64,000 nucleotides of DNA from the NCBI GenBank assembly GCA_028534125.1, contig CM052817.1, positions 79,796,001-79,860,000 of the forward strand, written 5' to 3'. This DNA comes from Lama glama. Taxonomy: Eukaryota. This document shows positions 26,751 to 37,489 of this stretch, one piece after another (within the stretch, counting starts at the first letter, position 1; every line of letters starts with the position of its first letter). A program made the position numbers and the translations under genes. Below the pieces are notes generated by a model, which saw only the letters and a program-made list of their open reading frames with translations, did not search any database and was not told where the DNA came from.

Positions 26751-27023
26751 TGTATTTCTTTGTAAGCAGATTAAATGTGTGGTGAGGAAGTAAATCTGTT
26801 AGTCATACTTGATTATGCATCATTTATTTAGTGTTGCAAAACACCTAAGGCTTACAATTTTCTGTTATTCTAAAAGCCTTTATAACACATCTCTTCTTTT
26901 TCAGCTGAGGCTAATCTGAGCTACAAAACTTCATAAATTGTATTTCATGTTTCATTTTGACAATAATGACCATGTTATAGAATGGATAATAGCGAAGAGG
27001 TGACAAAAAAAATCTCTGTGTGT

Positions 27024-28660
27024 ATGTATTTTGGATATTAACTTTATAAGAGTCATACCATTTGAAAATATTTCCTCCCATTCAGTAGGTTGTCTTTTCA
27101 TTTTTCCAGTGGTTTCCTTTGCTGTCCAAAAGCTTTTAAGTTTAATTAGGTCCCATTTGTTCTTTTTTTTTTTTCTTTGCCTTAGGAGACAGATCCAAAA
27201 ACAATTGCTGTGATTTATGACAAAGAATATTCTGCCTGTGTTTTCTTCTAGGAGTTTTGTAGTTTTCAGTCTTACATTTAGGTATTTAATCTATTTGAGG
27301 CTTTTTTGTTGTTGTTGTTCTAAGTTTGTTCTTTTACATGTAGCTGTCCAGTTTTCCCAGCACAGTTTATTGAAGAGACTATCTTTCCTCCATTGTATAT
27401 TCTTGTCTCCTCTGTCATACATTCATTGACCATAAGTGCATGGGTTTATTTCCGGGCTCTCTATTCTCTTCCATTGACCTACATGTCTGTTTTGATTACT
27501 CTAGCTTCATAGTGTAGTCTGTTCCATTGACCTACATACTGTTTTGGTTACTCTAGCTTCATAGTGTAGTCTGAAGCCAGGGAGCATGATACTTTCAGCT
27601 TTGTTCTTTTTTCTCAAGATTGCTTTGGGTATTTGAAGTCTTTTGTTGTTCCATGTAAATTTCAGGATTATTTGGTCTAGTCCTGTGAAAAATTGCATAG
27701 GTATTTTGATTGGGATGGCATTATATCTGTAGATTGCTTTCAGACAGTTCGTACAACTCAATATCAAAAAAAAATTTTTTAATGGGCAGAAGACCTGAAT
27801 AGACATTATTCCAAAGAAAATATACAGATGGCCAATAGGCACATAAAAAGATGCTCAACATCACTAATCATCAGAGAAATGCAAATCAAAACCAAAATAA
27901 GTTATCACCTCACATCTGTCAGAGTGGCTATCATCAAAAAAAAAAACACAAATAACAAATGTTGATGCAGATGTGGAGAAAAGGGAATCCTTGTACACTG
28001 GTGGTGGAATGTAAATTGGTGCAGCCACTTGGAAAACAGTATGGAGGTTTCTCAAAAAACTAAAAATAGAATCACCACATGATCCAGCAATGCCACTTTT
28101 AGTTAAATCCAAAGAAAAGGAAAAAACTAATTTGGAAAGATATATGCACCCCAAGAATTATTTACAGTTGCCAAGATATGGAAGCAACCTGAATGTCCAT
28201 CAACAGATGAATGGATGAAGATGTGGTATATATATACAATGGAGTATTACCAGCCATAAAAAAGAATGAGATTTTGCCATTTGAAACAGCATAGGTGGAC
28301 CTGGAGCATATTATGCTTAGTGAAATAAATCAGACAGAAAGACAAATACTGTATGTTATCACTTAAATGTGGAATCTAAAGAATGAAACAAATGAATTAA
28401 CATAACAAAACAGAAAAAAACTTTCAGAGAACAAACTAGTGGTTACCAGTGGGGAGAAATAAGGGGGGAAGGGGCAAGATAGGGGTAGAGGATTAAGAGG
28501 TACAAACTAGCATGTATAAAGTCAATAAGCTACAAGGATACACTGTACAGCACAATATTTTATAAGTTTAAATAGAATATAATATATAAAATATTGAATC
28601 ACTGTGTTATACACCTGAAACTAATACAATGTTTTAAATCAAGTATGCTTCAATAAAAAA
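27024..28660 (+). mobile_element. L1 with 5' inversion (twin priming)
   Basis: 27024-27740 antisense ORF2 ([14 protein letters not shown]...[14 protein letters not shown]); 27741-28660 sense ORF2 end, 3' UTR and aataaaaaa; TSD aaaaaatctctgtgtgt (~27007-27023) versus aaaaaatctttatgtgt (28655-28671). Confidence 0.92.
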
Positions 28661-28999
28661 TCTTTATGTGTGCAAAACAGAATTTGTAGTCTCCAAAAAA
28701 ATTAATGGTAGTTATTTCTGATGGATTCAAAATGTTACAATAGTTCTGGATTTTTTTGTTTGTTTCATTTTCAGTGTCTTTGTTCCGAGACAGGAAATTT
28801 TTATCCATCTTATTGATAATGTTCATCTCATAAAATGAGGATACTGACTAGACTAGAATTTTATTAAAAGAGAGTTTGTAATCACTGAAAATTCAAACTT
28901 GGGTAAAAATTTCATGCAAAGAAATAAAGTTTAAAAGATTTTCCAAATCAGCAAGAATGCTCCACAAAAGCATAATTTCATATTATTATTTGCCTTCTT

Positions 29000-29210
29000 T
29001 TCTCTGAAATACAGCTGACTTACAATATTATATTAGTTTCAGGAATACAACCTAGTAATTCAGTATCTCTATATATTGTGCATACACAAAGTTATTACAG
29101 GACTGTTGGCTGTATTTCCTATACTATATATTATATTCCGGTGACTTATTTATTTTATAACTGGTAGTTTATGCCTATTAATCTCCTTCACCTATTTTGC
29201 CCATCTGGCT
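29000..29210 (-). mobile_element. L1 3' end fragment
   Basis: tgaaatacagctgacttacaatattatattagtttcagg...gtgacttatttattttataactggtagttt. Confidence 0.8.
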
Positions 29211-30239
29211 TACTTATTATATTAACTTGGTGTTACCTATATTTTAACTCCATTATACTAGTAATGACCTACTTCTACAAGTATGTTAAACATAATTAAT
29301 CAGAGTATACAAAGAATAGGCTATTATGGTTAACTGAATTTTCTGGACAATCTAGGATTAAATAAAAGATTTTTGGTTTCAGTTACCACTTTGAGAGGGT
29401 TGTTTTACATGTATATGTTTTCCAGTCTTTGTAATTAGGGTAAAATATACTGCAATTGTAATTGCATATTTTGATGCTTAATTTTCAGTACCTTGTTTGG
29501 AACTATAGCTCTAGAAAGACTGTGGATCATATCCTGGGATGCAACACTTTATTTCATGGATAAGGAACTGAGAATCTGAAAATCAGTCAAAGGCATGTGC
29601 ACATGCATGCATCTGTATGTGCATTCATAATAGGACAGACTTACTCAAGGATCAAACTAAACCACTGGTATCTTTCACAAGATCTCAAGGAGAGTTTAAA
29701 CCTCCAAAACACAAGGACTTTAGTTTTTAACAAATGTGATTATCACGAATTTTTCCCTACCCACACATACTAAGAAGAGTCATACTCATTCTCTTTTACA
29801 TAATATAGTCAAAATTACCCATAGATAATTGTAAAACTGGATGTTATAACCCGTAGTATTTTGAAGTCTCTAGAGAACCTTCTAGGCAGACAGAAAGGGG
29901 AAAGTGACTGAGTGAGGCAAAGTCAGAGTTTTTTTTAATGGCCAGAGTACCGGAAAGAGAGAGGGCATCCCCATGGTAATCATATTGGTACCCTCAAAGC
30001 CGAAGCTTAACCTATGCATTTGGCAGGGAGGCTTCTCTGGCAAGGTTACACTTAGCTTTGTGGCAGGTTTCTGGACCAGCTCTGTTTTAGTTAAAGAGCA
30101 TTATCAGTGGATTGCTCTATTTTACTCTGATTACCAATTAGTGAAATGTTAGGTCTGTAGCTTGAATTTGTTGATCTGCTATTGTTTCTGCCCTAAACAA
30201 CACAATGTTGTTGTATATTGGTTTATATTTATGATAAAA

Positions 30240-31340
30240 GTCTTACTGATTTATTTAGCAAGTGAAGCAGCATTATTCCTCTCCCATCACTGGCCCTAAG
30301 CACCATATTGGCTCTCCATTCTCCACATCTGGATAATGTATGAGGCGGATTCCAATCTTTTCCAGTCATTTTGGGACATCAGAACAATCCTATCCTCAGC
30401 TATAGAAGAACAGCCAATCTAATAAGATTTAAATCCTTCATCCAATTAAAGCTTCTCCCTTCTCCTACCTGCTAGCTTGGAATTGCCTCGTAGCTTTAAA
30501 CCAGCCTTGGGGGGAGAGAGAATGCAGTACTCTGCTCTTTCGCTCTCCCTTCTCTCCCCCTGCAAACACACATCTTTGCTACCCTCAGCTCCTTCAGGGC
30601 CAGGGGGAGGGGAGACACAAGAAGTAGAGGTTGGTGCTTTAACTAATTGGTGCTTCTGACTTTGCTCTCTCATACTGATGAGATCCACATGCTGGCCCTT
30701 TCACGGCACACACTGGTGAATTCCAAAGAGATCTTCACTTTCCCTGGTTCTTGATTTAGGGCGATTCCCTCCCCGGATGACCTCTTAGGATACCCCATCA
30801 GCTCCTCCCACTGGTGGGAACCCCATGCAGCCTTGTTCTGCCAGGATTCCATCACCCTAGTGGACAGCCTTTTGGGTTGGAGCCTTTTAGGAGTGACTCT
30901 CACGTGGCCACTCCACCACCCGTTCACCCAGAACTGACCCTGGGAACATTTGGCATCCTTGCCCAGCTCCGTCCTACTGCTGCCCTCTCCCTTTACCCTG
31001 CCATCTTGGGCTGCTCTGGTTTCTCCTTCAGATGTGTCCCTAAGCTCCCAAAACTCATCTACATGCACTTTGGTGGTGGCAGCACATGGCAAGAGATGCA
31101 GGTTGGCCCTGTTCTGGCCACTAACCCCGGTCACTAGGAGGACTTCTTTGGGGATCTGCCTCATGCACTAAGGGGACATGTAGCCCAAATCTTCCCTCAC
31201 AGGAAGGGTAGGTGAAATACCGTCTCTATTGTGAACTCTGTGCAAGGACTCCTTTTCCCAGGGAATCCTTAATTTGCTTTTATACAGTGTATTGGGGGTC
31301 TGGACTAGGTCGGGTACTTCCCAGCAAGTTGTGACTGTTT
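30240..31340 (-). mobile_element. Possible ancient ERV internal relic
   Basis: GC-richer block with long stop-poor frames (30670-31164) but no recognisable domain; assignment tentative. Confidence 0.25.
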
Positions 31341-31649
31341 AGAATTTAGAGGGATTGCCCATTATTTTCAGATTTGTACCTCAGCTGAAATTCCAAGGCA
31401 ATAGAAAAACTTCTATTCCACAACCTGCTACACTTGTGTTTGAAAATGTGCAGTAATTTTCATGATTTCTATATAAAATGAAGTTGAATTAGGTCATCAT
31501 TCTAAAGTCTCCTCTATTAGTAAAATATGCTGAGATTTATCCTGAATTCCTTTCTTTGGTAGTGTAGCTTCTTGAGAAGACCAAAAATCAGGAAGTAACT
31601 TCCAAAAGGCCTCAGAACAAGTAAAAATAGTATTTAAACCCCATCCACA

Positions 31650-31678
31650 ACACCATCAGCACCACCACCACCACACAC

Positions 31679-31718
<40 letters not shown>
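31650..31718. repeat. (CAC)n/(CA)n microsatellite
   Basis: Direct reading. Confidence 0.95.
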
Positions 31719-31719
<1 letters not shown>

Positions 31720-31824
31720 GCTTGAGTATTTATTTAGCAAGAGATTCCCTTCGGTCTCTCCTTAGTGCCTACTTACTCTGACTTTTATATACTGCTCAGA
31801 TTTAAGTCACTGAATACTACAAAG

Positions 31825-32410
31825 GTAGTGTTCTTTTGTTGCAGATGACAGAAACCACCTTAAAACTGCTTATCAATTAGCAATCAAGCAACCAAAAACC
31901 TAACTCAAATTACTCTTTAAAAGTAAAGGAAATGTATCATCCATGTAAGTGATATATATAAAGGCTTCAGGCAAAGTTTGGTCTATGTTCTCACTAAGAA
32001 CCCCATTTTTTTCTGCATAGTTTTGGCTTTATCTTAAGTCTGAATTCCCTTATAGTTGAATGTGTTTGTCAGAAGCACCTGACACTTAAAATCTCTATTA
32101 TGTCCACTGGGCTTTTTTTTTTTTTTTTTTTTTTTTGCTAACTCCTAAGAATGACAATGGAAACTTTCTCAGACGCTCCCAGAAAAGTCTCTTGATAGCG
32201 CAGCCAGGACAAACTTGGTCATGTGTTCCCCTCTGCATCAGTAACCCTATCCAGGATCATAAGCTGTGCTGACGGCAGTCTGGGCCCACCTTGGAACTGA
32301 GATCTAGGGTCAGTTCTACTCAAAACATATGACGGGAAATTTGGGGGGCTGTTAGGAAGGGGGAAGTAAAGAAAGGATGCTGGAGAAGCAATAACAAATG
32401 TCCACTACAC
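31825..32410 (-). mobile_element. Old MLT1 MaLR LTR
   Basis: ttcttttgttgcagatgacagaaacc start; ggatgctggagaagcaataacaaatgtccactaca end. Confidence 0.6.
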
Positions 32411-33669
32411 CAATGTAAGCAGTAAATGGGATTTATTTTCAGAATATGAAGATGTCTTATAGAGGAACCTAAGGATACGAATGTTCTGGGCCTCAAAAAG
32501 AAGTTGAATTGTTACTGAGAAGTCCATTGTGAATCCTTGCACACTTTTTTACTGCCTCTTATTCCTCCTTCTCATCAAGCATCTATTTTACAAAGGGCTT
32601 AGAGGACAGGCCATAGATGGGTTTAGATGACAGCTTCTCAGTTCATATATTACAGTTACAGACCCATAGAGAATGTAACACTCACTCTAGCTCCAAAATC
32701 CACGTTACCTTGGAAGGACCCCCAATTAACCTGGTCAGGTGCCCACCCCTCATGCAATCAATTGTTACCAGGTGCCAGGTCCTATTAAAGAACTTGCTTC
32801 TTCTATGTACCAGGGAGGAGTCAAAGGGACCACAGGGAGCTTGGCAGCCACTGGAAACAGACACATCACTGCACGCAGTCTGCAATGAGAAAAAGAAAAG
32901 GAATTTACAAATCAGACACAAGAATTTGAGTACGGCAAAACATCAGGACAGACAGTTCCACATGACACAATGGTTTGTATTCATGCTGATAATTTTGGGT
33001 TATTTAATATTACACCGGGTTCACTCTCTTCTAGTTAAATTGAAATTTTACTCTTGTGGAATAAGATGTGGCCGTTATTGTTCTAGTTAGTATAACCCAC
33101 CGCCACCCTAGTCTGTCTTTTGTGGTTTCTTTAACCTCTGGATATTGTCAAGATGAATAGTTGAGATCCCCTTCATTATGTGTATCTGCAGTTATTTGTG
33201 ACACCAATTCTGCATGACTACAATGATTCCTCACATGATTCTTTCAACAGATATTTCCCTCTTACTAAATAGTATGCTTGCATTTTCCCATAATATATGC
33301 AGTTTTATTTATATAATTTTGACTGAACTGATGAAAGTGGTTGTTATTTATCTTAGTTCTCAGAGATGCACTTGCCATCAAACTATTTATAGATTTCCTT
33401 TTTCCCAAGCTTTGGTCACAAAACTCAATGAATGACTTCTCTGTGCTGAAGTCTGATTCACTTGAGAAGTAATGCCATGTCTGTGCTGAAGGACCCTCAA
33501 GCACACAGTCCTGAAATACAGAAACAGAGATTTATCACTGGGGAAATGAAAATAAATTGTCCTTATCTATCAGTGTGGTAGGAATGCTGAGAAGCTGGGC
33601 CCAGGACCACCTCCCTGGAGCCTTTGTCCTGCCTTTCCTTAACTTGTTCTAGGTTCATAGACCCTTCTG

Positions 33670-33912
33670 GAGAGGGGACAGCAGCATGGTTAAGAATGCA
33701 GACTCTGGAGTAGGAAGCATGGTAGCAATTAAGAACATGGGCCAGATTAAAACCCCACTTGTTTCTCTAGGAATCTCTGGGAAAATTACTTACCTTTCTT
33801 TACTCAATTTCCTCTTTTACATAAGGGTAATAATAATAATAATACCTCCCTCCCTCCTAGGGTGGTTATATAAATCCAAGTTAAGCGCTTACTATAGTGC
33901 CCATATTCAGTA
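33670..33912 (+). mobile_element. MIR SINE
   Basis: gcagcatggttaagaatgcagactctggag...ctcaatttcctcttttacataagggtaataataataataatacctcc. Confidence 0.75.
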
Positions 33913-33964
33913 CACTCCCCTCTGTAAATTTCCCTTCCTTTCATAGTCCTCCCTAACCTGCTTT

Positions 33965-34365
33965 CTTTTAGAAAAAGGAAACAGTTTTATTGTTCAATAA
34001 GCATTAAACCTGAATTTGATGCACATCACAGGCAACCTGCTAAAAGACCGCAGAGACAGAAGAAAGCTCACTACCTTATATAGCCACACAGATACAACCA
34101 ATTACATACATGTTTTCAAGATAAACAACAACTGGTCCTCATGTAAGATGATCCTATAGCGCCATTTGTCACAGTTTATCCTCACTTTACCTTGTACTTA
34201 GGGTGACCATCTGTGTTAACTAATTGACTTTATCTGGAGAAAAAAAAAACTTCTCATCTCTATGGCAGGGGGCAGTTTTGTACCTTGGAGCAAAGAGCTT
34301 ATCTAAGGGAGGTTCCTATCCTTCTACAGAGACTGAGAGACAGGGGCATTATCTCCCTTGATCTT
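33965..34365 (-). mobile_element. ERV1-type LTR fragment (family not resolved)
   Basis: tttattg (minus AATAAA), ccttatatagcc (minus TATA) and gggtgaccatctgtgttaactaattg resemble MER4-group LTRs. Confidence 0.6.
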
Positions 34366-34425
34366 AACCTGTTTTCTTTGCTCTGCTCTAGATTACCTAG
34401 CAGTTGATCCTTTCTTTTCAGTCTT

Positions 34426-34552
34426 TTGTTTTAGAAAGTTCAACTTTTTAAAAAAAAAATTAGATATAATTGACATTACATTAGTTTCAGGTGTACAACA
34501 TAATGATTCGGTATTTGTATGTATTGCAAAATGATCACCACAGTAAGTTTGA
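34426..34552 (-). mobile_element. Very short 5'-truncated L1 with perfect 14-bp TSD
   Basis: TSD ttcttttcagtctt at 34412-34425 and 34553-34566; the right copy is followed by aa (L1 endonuclease-type site). Confidence 0.88.
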
Positions 34553-35469
34553 TTCTTTTCAGTCTTAATGCATCTTTGTCTACCAATGTAAGGTACCTGG
34601 AAAATCTCCCCATGCTTGACTATCGAACCTTCCTTGCACTCTTTGGGGAACCACCTATCTTAGGGAGATCCTAAGTCTCACGATCCGTTCAGGGTCACTT
34701 CTAAGGAACAGAAGCCAAATTCATTAGTGACAGTTGATGCTTTCTTCTGACCTACAGCTGAAACTGCGGGCATATCCTTTCTCTCTGTTTTCTAGAAAAT
34801 GCCTAGTAATCCTCTGGTGCTAATTAAGAGTTAAATAGTAGTGACAGTTTGAATTAATGACTGAGCAGTGACTATGTTATCATAATACTCACCCTCCTTT
34901 GGCAGTACCTTTATTTATAGTGACAAACTCTTATAATTAAAGCAGAGCAAATATTACATCCCATTATAAAAACAGACACTTAGAGATAATGGAGTAAAGC
35001 CACTGCCCCTGAGGCCGGACCTGGGAGCCACCATGCTCCACACAGCAGATGGAGCCTGTCAGAACTGGCTTGGGGGTCTGACTCACACTAACCAAACTCA
35101 CAGTACATAGACCAAATACCTAGTAGCCTTTATAATAAAGAGGAAAATCACTAAGCAGACTGGATATTTGTAGGTACGTAATTCTTAGCTTCCTTTCAAG
35201 TTCAGAGACCCCACTCCACCCCCTTACTCTGCAGGGCTCTCACAGCACTGTCCGAATGGGTTTAGTTCTAAGAAACACCACATCATCATAACTTTGTTGT
35301 TTGTACCCAAAGGAGGCCCTAGTCAAATGTAATGACCTCTGGGTCTGTATTTTGATATACATATCACATCACCGTGTATTAAGTGGCATCTTAAAGAGGA
35401 CTTTGATAGAATTCAAGACAACCAGTTTATAAAAACATTGATATGAATACAGATTTACAATGTGCATCT

Positions 35470-35877
35470 TGTTGGTGGTGCGATATCATGTGCACACGAA
35501 CACTGTGTGGAGAGAAGTGAAGCAGTTCTCTGTTTATTGATTCTTGGAAAAGGATTTATATAGGACATGCACGATGCCTCACATATCATCTAAGTTATGA
35601 CAATGTTAATAGTCTTAATCTGTTTAGGTCCCCAAGTTCCTGTAGTAAGCACAGGATGTTACATGATCAACAGATTGGTTTAAAGTTCTCACGAAACTTC
35701 ATTAAGTAGGCCATCTCTTATCCAGCCTGCTGTGCCTGTCTTAGGTTGTCCTCCTCTGAGGATCTTACCCGTCATTGGCTATCCAGTCGTCCATACTGGA
35801 TACATGACATTCCTCACAGCTTGTTTATCCGTCCAGCCTATGGCTTTTTCTCTAGAGCCTTCAGGCGGGGGCCTACA
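35470..35877 (-). mobile_element. Solo LTR, betaretrovirus (ERV2/ERVK-class)-like, with a CTE-like motif in U3
   Basis: TG...CA ends (tgttgg / cctaca); perfect TSD catct at 35465-35469 and 35878-35882; on the minus strand TATATAAA (35562-35555) is followed 16 nt later by AATAAA (35538-35533), implying a short R region. Confidence 0.9.
35729..35788 (-). promoter_or_regulatory. CTE-like (NXF1/TAP-binding) RNA export motif, single-loop form
   Basis: Minus strand GACTGGATAGCCAATGACGGGTAAGA-TCCTC-AGAG-GAGGA-CAACCTAAGACAGGCACAGC contains both CTE signature strands as I recall them from the MPMV/SRV CTE. Confidence 0.8.
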
Positions 35878-36027
35878 CATCTCACCAGAATGTGAGTTTT
35901 AAAGTGGAGAGGGAAAAAAATCATGGAGAAATACAAGTTTCTGAAGCACAATGTATGGAATGATCTTATGACTAGAACTTCTTAGCCTAGAGCTGCAAAG
36001 CCTGTTGGATTCATAGTTTCTTTAACT

Positions 36028-36046
36028 GCACTGCCCCCTTGTGGTA
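36028..36046 (-). promoter_or_regulatory. Candidate CTCF site
   Basis: Minus strand taccacaagggggcagtgc closely fits the CTCF core CCASYAGRKGGCRS (one mismatch); motif only. Confidence 0.5.
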
Positions 36047-36839
36047 AAATGGCTTAGTCTGTTGGCGGAAAGAGGCAGGTTGGACGTGAAGGAGACAGTT
36101 GAGAGGCTGGAACAAGGCAAGGGCAACAGGCCAGATAAGAAATAAAATAGGAAAAAACACTTCCTGGAAGAGTGGTCAGGAGATTCTGCCACTGAGAGTG
36201 TTGGGGAGAGCTCCTGGCGCTTGAGGAGATGCTTTTCCTGCCTATCTCTGATGGCCAGCGCTCCTGAATTCCTTAGGACAGGTAGGGTTCGCTCGGTTTT
36301 GTTTTGCTTTGCTTTGGAGCCCTGTGTAGGGTGGGTGTTGTGATACTGAGTCAAGTTGCTCACCCACCGCTGTCCCCAGCCCTCCCTATCATCCTGGAGA
36401 AATGCAGCCTAGGAAATTGAGTGACACCCGTCCACAAGCATATGCTCAGCAGAGCAGTTGGCAGACTAGCTCAGTGGCCCAGAGGAAGGCCCTCTGCAGG
36501 GCATTTTACCCTTTTTAACTACCTTGGAGGCTCACAGCCGAAGGAAGTGCTTGGTGCTTATTTATAATTTATGCCCAATCTAATTCCAGTGAGGTGAGGT
36601 GGCCTGCGATGAATATGACATTTAGAGAGAAGTTTGAAAAATAAAGAGGAAGACTAGAAGCAATGTTGAGGAAGGGGCAGAAAGTTCAGGGACTGTGGTA
36701 CCAGGTTACTGCCACAACCAAGCATCACATTTAGTTCTAAACTTCCTTATAGCTAAGGAAAGACAGGAAATACAGAGAATTATATGGTTTGCATTGCCTA
36801 GAAGGAGAAAATATAACCCTCCTTCAGAGATATATAGTT

Positions 36840-36975
36840 TCTGTGATGGGATGGAGCTGTTAGCTAAGGCTATGGTGGTAATCATTTTGCAATATATAAA
36901 CATACCAAATCAATATGCTGTACACCTTAAACATACACAATGTTAATTATATTTCAATAAAGCTGGACAAAAATT
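36840..36975 (+). mobile_element. L1 3' end (L1MB-type)
   Basis: gtggtaatcattttgcaatatataaacat...gtacaccttaaac...tttcaataaagctgg followed by an A-rich tail. Confidence 0.8.
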
Positions 36976-37176
36976 TTTTAATGATTTTAAAGAGAAAGAA
37001 AAAAAAAGAGAGAGACAGTTGTTTCCTGGCATTATATTCCAAGAGGAATTTATCCATGTAATTCAAAGCCCATAAATAAACACTGAATTGATAGGCATCC
37101 ACATGCATAGTTGATTCTATTCCGGAAGCTTGAAGACCTGTCACTAAACTAGACGTAAAGAGTATTTCCCATTTAT

Positions 37177-37489
37177 CAGTGGTTCCCAACCTCTGGTGGG
37201 ACCTCTAGTGGGCCACACAGTTATTGCAAAATATCCGTGAATCTGGATTATAGATGCATAATTTCAGGAGTGAAAAAATAATGTTTTGTGCAAACTTACC
37301 AACATTTTTTATAAATGTGAGGATAACCAGAACTAGCAAAATATAAATTTATGTAAAAGAACTACTGAACTCACACTAGCTTTTGGTTATTATATATTTT
37401 CTTGATTAGATTATACTAACAGTACAATTATTTAAAAATTGACATTACAAGTAGGTCCTTGTGCTTGAAAAGGTTGCGACCCATCACTG
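37177..37489. mobile_element. hAT-Charlie DNA transposon derivative
   Basis: Terminal inverted repeats cagtggttcccaacct and aggttgcgacccatcactg. Confidence 0.65.

Noticed and set aside
30670..31164. 164-aa ORF as a protein-coding gene
   Set aside because: No recognisable domain, overlapping ORFs on both strands and no clear splice structure; more likely a GC-richer repeat relic.
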